In this document: positions 35,717-45,080 of the stretch, piece by piece
How positions within the stretch are numbered: the first letter of the stretch is position 1
Layout of the letters: each line of letters opens with the position of its first letter
DNA from: Candidatus Shapirobacteria bacterium
Lineage (GTDB): Bacteria; Patescibacteriota; Microgenomatia; UBA12405
Assembly: GCA_028704885.1 (NCBI GenBank)
Contig: JAQWEN010000001.1
Span: 222,679-286,678, forward strand
DNA length: 64,000 nucleotides
Direction of reading: 5' to 3'
Notes under the pieces: generated by a model
The model's input: only the letters and a program-made list of their open reading frames with translations
Databases searched by the model: none
Told to the model about the DNA's origin: nothing
Translations under genes and position numbers: made by a program

Positions 35717-35971
35717 CTAATTTGATTTTTTGACTGTTTTTTTTGCAGCTTTAGCAGCAGCATATTTTTTACCTTGGTTGACTTTTTCTTTAAACTTATC
35801 AATTCTTCCTTTAATGTCGACAAATTTTTGTTGACCAGTAAAGAAAGGATGACATTTAGAACAAACTTCAACGTCGATTTTTTCCAGAGTTGAACCAGTG
35901 GTAAATTTATTGCCACAGGCACAAGTGACTTGGCAATTATCAAAATATTTAGGATGAATTCCTTGTTTCAT
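35717..35971 (-). CDS. rpmE: 50S ribosomal protein L31 with a Lys/Ala-rich C-terminal tail
   Basis: [29 protein letters not shown] ... [13 protein letters not shown] matches the L31 zinc-ribbon family. The tail is [16 protein letters not shown]. Confidence 0.85.
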   Translation of the reverse strand: MKQGIHPKYFDNCQVTCACGNKFTTGSTLEKIDVEVCSKCHPFFTGQQKFVDIKGRIDKFKEKVNQGKKYAAAKAAKKTVKKSN

Positions 35972-36042
35972 AGGGTCTATTATAACAGAAAAATTAAAAA
36001 AAAGATTATTGTTCCCCGTACCGCGGGGAACAATATGTCAGC

Positions 36043-37281
36043 TTAATTTATAATTTTTATTAGTTCATCAAAGCTAACTAATTTCTGTTCAGTAGTGATT
36101 AAATTTTTAACAGTAATTTGATTGTTTTTAGCTTCGTCGGGGCCAATAATGGCTAGATAATTAATTCCTAAAGAAAGGGCATATTTAATTTGTTTTGCCA
36201 ATTTGTCATTATCTGGATAAACAATGGAAGCAATATCTTTATCTCGAAGATTGGAAACTAAATTTAAAATATTAGATTCGGTTTCTGGTCCAAAGTTAGC
36301 GACTAAAATTTTAGTTTTTGATTGATTAGCTTGGGGAAGGAGATTGAGTTCTTGAATAACATCGACAACTCGTTCGAAACCAAAAGCAAAACCAACGGCA
36401 GGAATATTAGGACCACCTAGGGTGGAAACTAAATTGTCATAACGACCACCACCGCCAATGGCACCGATTTTTGGCTCGGTAACACTAACTTCAAAAATAG
36501 TTCCGGTGTAATAATCGCAACCACGGACTAAGGTGGGATCGAAAATATAAGAATTATCAGGGAGACCAAGGGCTTCTAATTTATTTAAAACTAATTTTAA
36601 TTTTTCGTCTGGTTGAGCTTCTTTGATATATTTAAAAAGGTTAGTAATTTGGCTTTGAGACAAAGCTTTAGACTTGAGTTCATTTATTACTCCATCTTCA
36701 CCTATTTTGCCTATTTTATCGAGAGATTGAAGTACTGAATTTTGATCTTTTTCAATAGCACTTTTAGCTAAAATATCAAAAAGAACTTGACGACTATTTA
36801 TAGAGATAATGGCGTTTTTAAAATTTAGTTTTTGAACGCCAGCATAAATTATAGAAATGATTTCAGCATCAGCAATCGGGGATGAGGTGCCAAAAATATC
36901 AATATCACATTGGACAAATTCCCGATAACGACCTTTTTGAGTGTTTTCGGCACGCCAGACTGGTTGAATTTGATAACGTTTAAATGGAAGCTGAAGGTCA
37001 TTAGAGTAAATAGCTAAAACTTTGGCAGCAGGTACAGTTAAGTCATAACGAAGACCGATTTCGCGATCACCGTTATCTTTAAAAAAGTAACCAAGTTTAT
37101 CATCGGTTTCGTTACTATATTTACCTTTTAAGACAGAAGCGTATTCAAGAGCCGGGGTTTCGAGGGGTAAAAAGCCATAATTCTCAAAAACTTCAATTAA
37201 GGTATTTTTGACATAATTACGAATACCCATGTCTTTAGGCAAAAAATCTCGAAAACCTTTTAGTGTTTGTGGTTTGGTCAT
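36043..37281 (-). CDS. hisS: histidyl-tRNA synthetase
   Basis: Class II motifs, e.g. QIQPVWRAENTQKGRYREFVQCDIDIFG, and a C-terminal anticodon-binding domain. The start MTKPQTLKGFRDFLP at 37281 is preferred. Confidence 0.85.
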   Translation of the reverse strand: MTKPQTLKGFRDFLPKDMGIRNYVKNTLIEVFENYGFLPLETPALEYASVLKGKYSNETDDKLGYFFKDNGDREIGLRYDLTVPAAKVLAIYSNDLQLPFKRYQIQPVWRAENTQKGRYREFVQCDIDIFGTSSPIADAEIISIIYAGVQKLNFKNAIISINSRQVLFDILAKSAIEKDQNSVLQSLDKIGKIGEDGVINELKSKALSQSQITNLFKYIKEAQPDEKLKLVLNKLEALGLPDNSYIFDPTLVRGCDYYTGTIFEVSVTEPKIGAIGGGGRYDNLVSTLGGPNIPAVGFAFGFERVVDVIQELNLLPQANQSKTKILVANFGPETESNILNLVSNLRDKDIASIVYPDNDKLAKQIKYALSLGINYLAIIGPDEAKNNQITVKNLITTEQKLVSFDELIKIIN

Positions 37282-37323
37282 GATGTATTTTAAATGAAAG
37301 CGACTTTGAAGTAAAATAGAGCA

Positions 37324-38046
37324 ATGAATACAGTGCAATTAGATTTTGAAAATTGGGAATTGGTAGTGGATTTGGAGGGTGGCAGGATTGATAGTTTAAA
37401 AAATAAAGGAATTTTAATCTTGGGTAGTTTTGAAAGAATAGATAGTAAAAGAGGTAATACTCATGTTTGCGTACCTAATTTTGCTAACGATGGAGTTAAA
37501 AAATATGGTTTGCCTTTTCATGGATATTTTAGAACTGCACCGTGGGTGTTGGTGCAAAAAACAGAAAATTTATTGGAAATAAATTGCGAAACGATGGGTT
37601 TTGATGTTCATCAAATTTTTTCTTTAAATAAAGAATATTTTAGTCAAAAATTGACAGTGGAAAATAAAAATGAAGAAGAAAAGCCGGTGAATGTGGCAAT
37701 CCATAATTATTGGTCAAGCGAATTAGGATGGCAGGGAGCGACTTTAAATGGTTTTGATTTAAGTGTGGGGATAAAAAATAATGATTTTACAAATTTACGT
37801 CAGTTAAATGATATTGATATTCCAGGAAAACCTTTAATTAAATGGCAACTAATGGGTTTTAATTACGCTAAATTATGGACAGGTTTTTTAGAAGAGGGAA
37901 ATAATAAAATTTTTGATAATAATTATCTTTGTATTGAGCCGATTATGGAAAAAGATGAAAATTTCTTTGGAAGCGAGGAATCAATGCTACAGTCAAAAAC
38001 AAAAATTGAACTAAGGCAGATGATTGGGGTGGTATATCGGACTTGA
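37324..38046 (+). CDS. aldose 1-epimerase-family (glucose-6-phosphate 1-epimerase-like) protein
   Basis: VVDLEGGRIDSLKNKG ... HVCVPNFAN ... GLPFHGYFRTAPW resembles the mutarotase/YeaD fold. Confidence 0.35.
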   Translation: MNTVQLDFENWELVVDLEGGRIDSLKNKGILILGSFERIDSKRGNTHVCVPNFANDGVKKYGLPFHGYFRTAPWVLVQKTENLLEINCETMGFDVHQIFSLNKEYFSQKLTVENKNEEEKPVNVAIHNYWSSELGWQGATLNGFDLSVGIKNNDFTNLRQLNDIDIPGKPLIKWQLMGFNYAKLWTGFLEEGNNKIFDNNYLCIEPIMEKDENFFGSEESMLQSKTKIELRQMIGVVYRT

Positions 38047-38112
38047 ACCGACAACCTCAGCTTTCACAGAGCTGCGCTCTAACCAATTGAGCTAATACCA
38101 CCATGAGGTTAA
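38035..38112 (-). tRNA. tRNA-His (anticodon GTG) with genomically encoded G-1 and 3' CCA
   Basis: Reverse complement is G-GTGGTAT TA GCTC AATTGGTTA GAGC G CAGCT CTGTGAA AGCTG AGGTT GTCGG TTCAAGT CCGAT ATACCAC C CCA. The anticodon is GUG and the extra 5' G pairs with C73. Confidence 0.8.
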
Positions 38113-38165
38113 ACAGTATGAATTTTACCAATAAATTGACGATTTGGGAAATTTTATTTAAAAAA

Positions 38166-38864
38166 TTAGTTATTGGTTGAAGTTTCTGGAACTTGGGCAG
38201 TAATGGAATCTATGGTTATGATTTTGGAAACGTAAAAAGTTTTAGCAATTTTGGCGTCTGGTTGGATGACAACGACGATTTTTTGACCTGATTTTAATTT
38301 ATCTAAAGTTAATTTATTATTATCTTTATTTAAAATTTCGGTTTTAGTGTCGGTTTTAATTTGATATTGAATTTCTTTATTTTTGATGGGGATTAAAATA
38401 AAAACAGGTGATGATTGGGAAATATCGACAATTTTTCCGAGAACTATTTCATTTTTATTTTCAATAGTTTTTAGGTCAGTAATAACGACTCTTTTGGCTT
38501 CAAAATTACCATACTGATTAAGATAACCCATAGCTAGAATATCTTGGCCGGCTTTAATATTATCAATTTTGGTTTTATTTCTTTTGGCATCAATAAAAAC
38601 AGTTTCTTCGGTTATAGTGATAGTTTTTGATTCGTTTTTATAATTAACAATTATTTGACTAGAGTTAATTTGGGTAATAGTGCCAATGATTGATTTTGGT
38701 TCGGTTGAAGTAGCTGTAGTACTTTGGAGCATGTCTTTAACTTTTTGTTGAACCATTTCTAAAACTTCTTTATTGGGAGCTTTAGTGGGAACAACAGTGG
38801 CTTCTTGAGAGAAAGAAGATATTGGAAAAAGTAAGGAGGAGAGGAGTAATAAAAACAAATACAT
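38166..38864 (-). CDS. hypothetical secreted protein
   Basis: Signal peptide MYLFLLLLSSLLFPISSFSQEA; no motif recognised. Confidence 0.35.
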   Translation of the reverse strand: MYLFLLLLSSLLFPISSFSQEATVVPTKAPNKEVLEMVQQKVKDMLQSTTATSTEPKSIIGTITQINSSQIIVNYKNESKTITITEETVFIDAKRNKTKIDNIKAGQDILAMGYLNQYGNFEAKRVVITDLKTIENKNEIVLGKIVDISQSSPVFILIPIKNKEIQYQIKTDTKTEILNKDNNKLTLDKLKSGQKIVVVIQPDAKIAKTFYVSKIITIDSITAQVPETSTNN

Positions 38865-38868
38865 AAAA

Positions 38869-39363
38869 TTAAATTTTAGCGGTTGAATAAGTAAGACTTA
38901 ATTCGACTTCACTTTGATTGTCTTCTGGATCAATACTATTAACTTTAATTAAATTAATACCACTATCAAGTTCAATACTAATACTAAAAACACCATTAGC
39001 ATTACTTTTATCACTAAAAGTTTTAGTGGGAGTGGAAATGACGATTAGGCTATTTGGGGTGCTATCACCTTTGATACTAATTTTAGAATTAGAGAGAACG
39101 GTATTATTTTCTGGGGAAGTAATATTAATGGAAGATTCTGTTTTGGAAGCTGCGGGTGTAGTTGAAATCTGGGTTGACATTTGTAAATCAGTGACAGTGG
39201 GGGTTGGGGCAATTTCAACTGAATTTTGTTTTGGGGTGGTTTTATTCTTATTGAGAGCAAAGAAAGCTCCGGTAATACCGAATCCTAAAATTGACCCGAG
39301 AGCGATGGCTAAAAAGAGTTCTTTAATCATTTTACTATTATAGATGATATCACAAATAGTCAA
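38869..39363 (-). CDS. hypothetical membrane-anchored or secreted Ser/Thr-rich protein
   Basis: N-terminal TM (LFLAIALGSILGFGITGAFFAL) and a T/S-rich region. Confidence 0.35.
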   Translation of the reverse strand: MTICDIIYNSKMIKELFLAIALGSILGFGITGAFFALNKNKTTPKQNSVEIAPTPTVTDLQMSTQISTTPAASKTESSINITSPENNTVLSNSKISIKGDSTPNSLIVISTPTKTFSDKSNANGVFSISIELDSGINLIKVNSIDPEDNQSEVELSLTYSTAKI

Positions 39364-39386
39364 AAGTTGATGATAGAATTGAAGAT

Positions 39387-39968
39387 ATGGAAATAAAAAT
39401 ATTAGAAAATCAATCAGTTTATTTAAAGGGTAAAAAAGAAAATGTTTTAATTAATCCAGCCAAAGAGGTGAGAAATGATAATAAATATTCGTCAAGAATT
39501 TTTTTATTTACTGCCGAGAAATATGATGGGATGGGGTTTGAGGGAGAAAAAATTTTGATTAGAGCTCCAGGAGAATATGAAGTTGGCGGAGTGGAGATAA
39601 ATGGTTACAACTCAGGAAATGACAATACGCTTTTCGTGATTCATATTGATGGAATTAAAGTAGTATTTTTGGGTGATCTAGAAGAAACTTTAAGTGATAA
39701 AAGAATTGAAAAAATAGATTCGGCTGATGTTCTTTTGGCTCCAGTTTTAATAAAAGATAGTGCTAGTGGAAAATTGGTTTTAGATTGGGCTAAAAAATGG
39801 GGAGTAAATTATTTAGTTCCGATGGGTTATGATGATGAAAATAAAAAAGATTTAGACAAATTTTTGGATCAGGCAGATCAAGAGGGATTAGAAGCAATTG
39901 AATGTTTAAAAGTAGACAAAGATGATCTTCCAGACGGTTTAGAGTTGAAAGTCTTAAAGAAGGTATAA
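39387..39968 (+). CDS. hypothetical protein (possible MBL-like fold)
   Basis: 193-aa ORF with weak resemblance to metallo-hydrolase-like proteins. No clear HxHxDH motif. Confidence 0.25.
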   Translation: MEIKILENQSVYLKGKKENVLINPAKEVRNDNKYSSRIFLFTAEKYDGMGFEGEKILIRAPGEYEVGGVEINGYNSGNDNTLFVIHIDGIKVVFLGDLEETLSDKRIEKIDSADVLLAPVLIKDSASGKLVLDWAKKWGVNYLVPMGYDDENKKDLDKFLDQADQEGLEAIECLKVDKDDLPDGLELKVLKKV

Positions 39969-39969
39969 T
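39962..39969 (+). promoter_or_regulatory. -10 element GGTATAAT, 6 nt upstream of the dnaB ATG (leaderless-like)
   Basis: AAGGTATAATATAAAT-ATG; a member of the recurring motif. Confidence 0.3.
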
Positions 39970-39975
39970 ATAAAT

Positions 39976-41286
39976 ATGAATACAGATGCTATCAGACTGC
40001 CCCCCAGCTCTGAAGAAGCTGAAGTTTGCGTATTAGGGTCGATTTTAATTGATAATGATGCAGTTTTGGCGGTGTCGGAATTTTTAAGACCAGAACATTT
40101 TTACAATTCTAATTATGGCAAGATTTATGAGGGGATGATGAAGCTCTATGAAGAGCGAATGCCAATTGATATTGTGACAGTAGCGGAGAAATTAAAGGAG
40201 TTAAATGTATTAAAAAAAATTGGAGGAAAAGGGTTTCTGACTAGATTGGCTAGTGAGGTTCCAACAGCGGCTAATGCGGAAAGTTATGGTCATATTATTA
40301 AATCATTATCAGCTAAAAGAGAATTGATATCGGCGGCGGGAAGGATTAGTGAAAAAGCTTTTGATCCAACATTACCGGCTGACCAATTATTAGATATCGC
40401 CGAACAAGAAATTTTTTCTTTATCTCAAAAACATTTGAAATCAATTCCGACTTCATTAAAAGAAGTGTTAACAGCTAGTTTTGATAGATTAGATGAATTA
40501 CAAAAATTAGGAACTGGATTAAGAGGGGTTCCAAGCGGTTTTAAGGGTTTGGATAATATTTTGGCAGGAATGCAGGATAGCAATTTATTGATTTTGGCCG
40601 CTCGACCAGGGGTAGGTAAAACAGCTTTTGGTTTAAATATTGCCAGACATGTAGCAGTCGAAGAGAAAATGCCAGTTTGTATGTTTTCATTAGAAATGAG
40701 CAAGGAGGAATTAGTTGATCGTTTATTGGTAAGACAGGGATTAATTGATGCTTGGAAATTAAAAACAGGACAATTATCGGCTAATGATTTTGATGCTTTA
40801 TCTGAAGCTATGGGAGTTTTAGCTGAAGCTCCACTTTATATTGATGATACTCCAGGATTAACAGTAACAGAATTGAGAACCAAGGCTCGAAGATTACAGG
40901 TTGATAAGGGAATTAAATTTATAATTGTTGATTATTTGCAATTGATGCATGGATCGACTCGAGATAATAGAGTTCAGGAAGTTTCAGAAATTTCGCAGGG
41001 TTTAAAAAATTTGGCGAGAGAATTAAAAGTTCCAGTATTGGCATTGGCCCAGTTATCTAGAGCTATGGAAGCTAGGGGAGGAAAGCCAAGATTATCGGAT
41101 TTAAGAGAATCGGGAAGTATCGAACAAGATGCTGACGTGGTTTTCTTTTTATCAAGAGAAGATGAAGAGGTAAGAGAAATGGTGACTTGTAGTGTTGAAA
41201 AACACCGAAATGGTCCAACAGGAAGCTTTAATTTGTATTTCAATGGCAAACAAGTTAGTTTCTTCGATGTGGAAAAGAAGCAATAA
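39976..41286 (+). CDS. dnaB: replicative DNA helicase DnaB
   Basis: DnaB N-domain and RecA-like domain with Walker A ARPGVGKTAFGLNIA, plus motifs H2 to H4. Confidence 0.9.
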   Translation: MNTDAIRLPPSSEEAEVCVLGSILIDNDAVLAVSEFLRPEHFYNSNYGKIYEGMMKLYEERMPIDIVTVAEKLKELNVLKKIGGKGFLTRLASEVPTAANAESYGHIIKSLSAKRELISAAGRISEKAFDPTLPADQLLDIAEQEIFSLSQKHLKSIPTSLKEVLTASFDRLDELQKLGTGLRGVPSGFKGLDNILAGMQDSNLLILAARPGVGKTAFGLNIARHVAVEEKMPVCMFSLEMSKEELVDRLLVRQGLIDAWKLKTGQLSANDFDALSEAMGVLAEAPLYIDDTPGLTVTELRTKARRLQVDKGIKFIIVDYLQLMHGSTRDNRVQEVSEISQGLKNLARELKVPVLALAQLSRAMEARGGKPRLSDLRESGSIEQDADVVFFLSREDEEVREMVTCSVEKHRNGPTGSFNLYFNGKQVSFFDVEKKQ

Positions 41287-41320
41287 TTTTTAATTTTAGG
41301 TTATAATAAGATTACTTTTA

Positions 41321-41403
41321 GCCGAAGTGGTGGAATGGTAGACACGCACGCCTCAAGAGCGTGTGGCAGCAATGTCATGGGGGTTCAAGTCCCTCCTTCG
41401 GCA
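41321..41403 (+). tRNA. tRNA-Leu (anticodon CAA)
   Basis: GCCGAAGTGGTGGAATGGTAGACACGCACGCCTCAAGAGCGTGTGGCAGCAATGTCATGGGGGTTCAAGTCCCTCCTTCGGCA. Anticodon loop CTCAAGA, long variable arm. A TATAAT sits 13 nt upstream (41302-41307). Confidence 0.8.
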
Positions 41404-41504
41404 CAAATTTAGATTGAAACAAAAAAGAAAAAATAATTTATTTTTTCGGCTCGTAAAATATTTTCAATAATCTTACATTGATTTTTAAAATGTTAAAATA
41501 AGTT

Positions 41505-42170
41505 ATGAGTTTGGGAATATTAAGAATTGTTGGAATAATACTTTTTGTTTATTTAACTTGGAGAAATTTAAAAAATAATTACGAAGAAGATAAAATCGTA
41601 AACTACTCATGGATAGCTTTGTTAGGTTTTTTTGTTGTGGGCAGAATCACTTATGGTTTAGTTAATTTTGGGATTTGGAATGATAGTTGGTTAAGCTGGT
41701 TTTCGGTTTGGAATAAACCAGGAATGGATTATATTGGTGGTTTTTTAGCCTTAATTTTGATTAATTTTATTTTTTCAAAAATAAACAGTTGGAAATTTAT
41801 ACCATTTTGTGAAGATGGATTAGTTAACTCTTTGTTCTTTTTGGTTTTTTTAATAGCGGATGAATTTTTAAGAAGTAAATTTGACTTGAAAACAGGAGTT
41901 TATTTATTATTTTTAGTCTTAATGATACTTTTGGCCAATTTAGCTAAGAAAAAATATCGATCGTTAGTGTGGTATAAGAGTGGAAAGAAAGGTTTTGCTT
42001 TTTTAATAACTGGATTTTTTGCTTTTTTAATATTAGGATTTTTAGGGCTTTATTTTAAAATTAATTTGCCTTATTTAATTTTATATTGGCTTATTAGTTT
42101 GATTTCTTTGACAGGATTGTGTATTTTAGGTGAAGTATTTAATTTTTTAGTGATTAACAAAAGGAGATAA
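41505..42170 (+). CDS. hypothetical polytopic membrane protein
   Basis: 221 aa with about 6 predicted TM helices; no motif recognised. Confidence 0.35.
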   Translation: MSLGILRIVGIILFVYLTWRNLKNNYEEDKIVNYSWIALLGFFVVGRITYGLVNFGIWNDSWLSWFSVWNKPGMDYIGGFLALILINFIFSKINSWKFIPFCEDGLVNSLFFLVFLIADEFLRSKFDLKTGVYLLFLVLMILLANLAKKKYRSLVWYKSGKKGFAFLITGFFAFLILGFLGLYFKINLPYLILYWLISLISLTGLCILGEVFNFLVINKRR

Positions 42171-42171
42171 T

Positions 42172-42549
42172 ATGAAAAAGAAAACAGGGAATTTAAGTTT
42201 ACCAGGTAGATTACTATCGCCAATTAAAGTTTTTTTGGAGAAAGAATTGGTTCTTCTTAAAAGAAGAAAAAAACAATTGAAAAAAAATGATCCGTTTTTT
42301 GCTGAAAATAGAGCCAATGAAAATTCTTTTGAAGAGGATTTAGATGAACAGATTGGCCATTTCGATAACGAGGTTAAGGCAAAATTTTTAAGTAAAGAGA
42401 TAGTCCAATTTAGAACAGCCTTAACTCGAATGAAAATAGGTAAATACGGCATCTGTGAAAAGTGTGGAAAGATGATTGATACTGATAGATTGGCAGTTCA
42501 GCCGGAGGCAACTATGTGTATTAAGTGTAGTAAAAAAAGTGAAGAATAG
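42172..42549 (+). CDS. DksA/TraR-family C4 zinc-finger protein
   Basis: C-terminal CEKCGKMIDTDRLAVQPEATMCIKC (CxxC-17-CxxC) preceded by a coiled-coil region. Confidence 0.55.
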   Translation: MKKKTGNLSLPGRLLSPIKVFLEKELVLLKRRKKQLKKNDPFFAENRANENSFEEDLDEQIGHFDNEVKAKFLSKEIVQFRTALTRMKIGKYGICEKCGKMIDTDRLAVQPEATMCIKCSKKSEE

Positions 42550-42846
42550 TTGATATTTATGGTTAAAAACTATGGTATAAGTTTTGGAATAAATGGGGTA
42601 TTTTTTATTGTATTGAGTATATTTTTTGTTCTATTATTTTTGTTTTTAAGTATAAAGAAAGGAAAGGGCTATTGGTTAATTTTTATGGGGGGTTTAGCCA
42701 ATTTAATTGAGAGGATTGTTTTGGGATATGTAAGAGATTATTGGAATTTTTTAGGATTGGGACTTTACAATAATATTAATGATTGGATAATTGGAATAGG
42801 AGTTTTATTTTGTTTAAGCGATTTATTATGGAAGAAATCAAAATAG
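42550..42846 (+). CDS. lspA: lipoprotein signal peptidase II (LspA), N-terminally truncated (98 aa, TTG start)
   Basis: NYGISFG aligns to NxGAAFS and GGLANLIERIVLGYVRDYW to GGALGNLxDRxxxGxVVDF. The catalytic Asp contexts VRDYWNF and NINDW are present, but the first TM helix (about 45 aa) is missing and an in-frame TAG lies immediately upstream. Confidence 0.5.
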   Translation: MIFMVKNYGISFGINGVFFIVLSIFFVLLFLFLSIKKGKGYWLIFMGGLANLIERIVLGYVRDYWNFLGLGLYNNINDWIIGIGVLFCLSDLLWKKSK

Positions 42847-43502
42847 TTTTTGAAGACAAAGATCTAATGATAGTTGAAAAACCACCATTGATGACAACAA
42901 CTAAAGAAAAAAAGGAAGAAAAAGGAACATTGGAAGATTATTTACGGGAAATTAGGCCAAATAATTTACCGAGAAATGGAATTCTGCATAGGTTAGACAA
43001 GGGGACTTCTGGTTTAATAATAGTGGCTAAGACAGAAGAGGCATTTTTAAACCTTAAGAAACAATTCAAAGAGAGATCTTTAATGAAAAAGTATTATTGT
43101 TTGGTCGGCGGAGATAGTTCTTTTGAAGGAACAATAGATATGCCAATTGCTAGATCAAAATATGTTTTTGCTAAATTTGGAGTAAACGAAGATGGGAAGA
43201 GAGCATTGACAAATTTTAATTTGATTAAAAAATATCGTAAAGATGGAAAGATTTATAGTTTATTAGATATTGATTTAAAAACTGGAAGGACACACCAGAT
43301 TAGAGTTCATTTAAGTCATTTAAGATGGCCTTTGGTAGGTGATAGAGTTTATGGAGGTGAGAGTGTTGATGGTTTAAAAAGACCATTTTTGCATGCTTAT
43401 AAAATAATTTTTAAACATCCAATTAATGGTCAAAAAATGGAATTTAAAATAGATTTACCGAAAGATTTAAGTGAAATTTTGAAAAAATATGAGGAATACT
43501 AG
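42828..43502 (+). CDS. rluD: RluA-family pseudouridine synthase (RluD-like)
   Basis: Catalytic Asp motif HRLDKGTSGLIIVAKT and HQIRVHL. The ATG at 42828 is preferred over the track start at 42783, which overlaps lspA. The conserved lspA-rluD linkage supports this. Confidence 0.75.
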   Translation: MEEIKIVFEDKDLMIVEKPPLMTTTKEKKEEKGTLEDYLREIRPNNLPRNGILHRLDKGTSGLIIVAKTEEAFLNLKKQFKERSLMKKYYCLVGGDSSFEGTIDMPIARSKYVFAKFGVNEDGKRALTNFNLIKKYRKDGKIYSLLDIDLKTGRTHQIRVHLSHLRWPLVGDRVYGGESVDGLKRPFLHAYKIIFKHPINGQKMEFKIDLPKDLSEILKKYEEY

Positions 43503-44316
43503 AATAAAAAAAAAGATAAATCTAAAATTGTTTTTTGGAGTAATTTTGTTGTTATTTTTGACGTTTTTAGTGTTATTAAGTTTCTTTAAAAAAGACAATA
43601 GTGATAAAAATTTAGACTACAAATTGGGAATAATTGCAAATGATGGAATTACTTTGGTGTCAATATCTAATGAAAGAAAAATGATTAATGTTTTAAATTT
43701 AGGGGAAGAATCTTCGGAAGAATTTAAAAGAATTGTAGGAAAAGAAAATAATATAGATTTAATTAAACATATTTATTGGTATAACTTTGGATTTTATCCA
43801 GATAAAATTTTGAATTTAAATTCAACTAGTCAATGGAAAAATAATGATGTTTTGATTGAAAATTTAGGTTTTTTAAATTGGATTAGATATAAAAAAGATT
43901 ATGGAAAAATGCTTTTAAAACAGGAGAAAATAAATGGTTTATTAAATGAAAATAGATTGATTTTGGATGAAATACTGGTTCGTGATTTTTCAGAAAGTAA
44001 ATTAAATAATGAAGAGTTAAGACTGTCTATTTTTAATAATACAAACGAAAGTGGTTTAGCTGGTTTTATAACAAAAAGATTAGAATGGTCGGGATTTTCG
44101 GTAGTTTCGAATGATAATGATACTCAAAAAATAAATAATTGTTTGATTGTTTATGGTAATAAAGTTGATCAAAATTATGGTTGGAAGTTGATAAATAAAA
44201 TTTTTAATTGTGATAAAAAATTTGATGAAAATTTAAATGAAAATGAATTGGAACTATATTTTGGTGATAATTTTGCTTCAGTGATAAAATACTCAAGCTA
44301 TACAATTAATAATTAA
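43489..44316 (+). CDS. membrane-anchored LytR_C-domain protein
   Basis: N-terminal TM, then a C-terminal LRLSIFNNTNESGLAGFITKRLEWSGFSVVSND that fits the LytR C-terminal domain pattern. Confidence 0.4.
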   Translation: MRNTRIKKKINLKLFFGVILLLFLTFLVLLSFFKKDNSDKNLDYKLGIIANDGITLVSISNERKMINVLNLGEESSEEFKRIVGKENNIDLIKHIYWYNFGFYPDKILNLNSTSQWKNNDVLIENLGFLNWIRYKKDYGKMLLKQEKINGLLNENRLILDEILVRDFSESKLNNEELRLSIFNNTNESGLAGFITKRLEWSGFSVVSNDNDTQKINNCLIVYGNKVDQNYGWKLINKIFNCDKKFDENLNENELELYFGDNFASVIKYSSYTINN

Positions 44317-44350
44317 AAATTAATAATTAAAAATTAATAATTAAGAATTT

Positions 44351-45073
44351 ATGTCAGGTCATTCCAAATGGTCAAATATTAAAAACCGAAAAGGGGCTCA
44401 AGATAAAAAAAGAAGTGAGTCGTTTACGAGAACTTCAAGAGATATTTTAACTGCAATTAGACTTGGAGGGGGAATTACTAATCCGGAGGCTAATTTAGGT
44501 CTTAAAATTGCAATCGAAAAAGCGAGAGAGGTTAATATGCCAAAGGAAAATGTTGATAGATTATTGACTCGATTTGAAGAAAGAAAGGTAAATTTAGTGG
44601 CAATGACAATGGAGGGTTATGGTCCTTTTGGAGTGCCGATGATTATAGAATTGGAAACCGATAATAAAAATAGAACATTAGGAGAGATTAAACTTATTTT
44701 TAGAAATTATGGCGGTAATTTAGGTGAAAGTAATTCGGTTATGTTCCAATTTAAGAGAGTGGGAGAAGTGGAAATATCAGGTTTATCAGATATCAGTTCG
44801 TCAGATCTCAGTTTGGAATTGATTGATGCGGGGGCGGTTGATTTTGATGGAAATATTATTTTAACAGAACCGAATGGTCTAAATGAAATGGTTAAAAAAG
44901 TTGAGGAGATGGGATTAAAAATAGAAAGATCGGAATTGTCGATGAGGGCTAATAATCCGATCATGTTAAGTTCAGAGGATGAAGTAGGTAAAATTTTAGA
45001 TATGATCGAAGAATTAGAAGAAAACGATGATGTTATAAATGTTTTTGCAGGATTCGATTATAAAAAGGTATAA
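44351..45073 (+). CDS. yebC: YebC/PmpR-family transcriptional regulator
   Basis: MSGHSKWSNIKNRKGAQDKKRSESFTRTSRDI is the YebC family signature. Contains an in-frame repeat-encoded insert GLSDISSSDLS. Confidence 0.85.
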   Translation: MSGHSKWSNIKNRKGAQDKKRSESFTRTSRDILTAIRLGGGITNPEANLGLKIAIEKAREVNMPKENVDRLLTRFEERKVNLVAMTMEGYGPFGVPMIIELETDNKNRTLGEIKLIFRNYGGNLGESNSVMFQFKRVGEVEISGLSDISSSDLSLELIDAGAVDFDGNIILTEPNGLNEMVKKVEEMGLKIERSELSMRANNPIMLSSEDEVGKILDMIEELEENDDVINVFAGFDYKKV

Positions 45074-45074
45074 T
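45067..45074 (+). promoter_or_regulatory. -10 element GGTATAAT, 6 nt upstream of the ATG at 45081
   Basis: AAAAGGTATAATTTATCA-ATG; this supports 45081 as the true start of the downstream membrane protein. Confidence 0.3.
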
Positions 45075-45080
45075 TTATCA

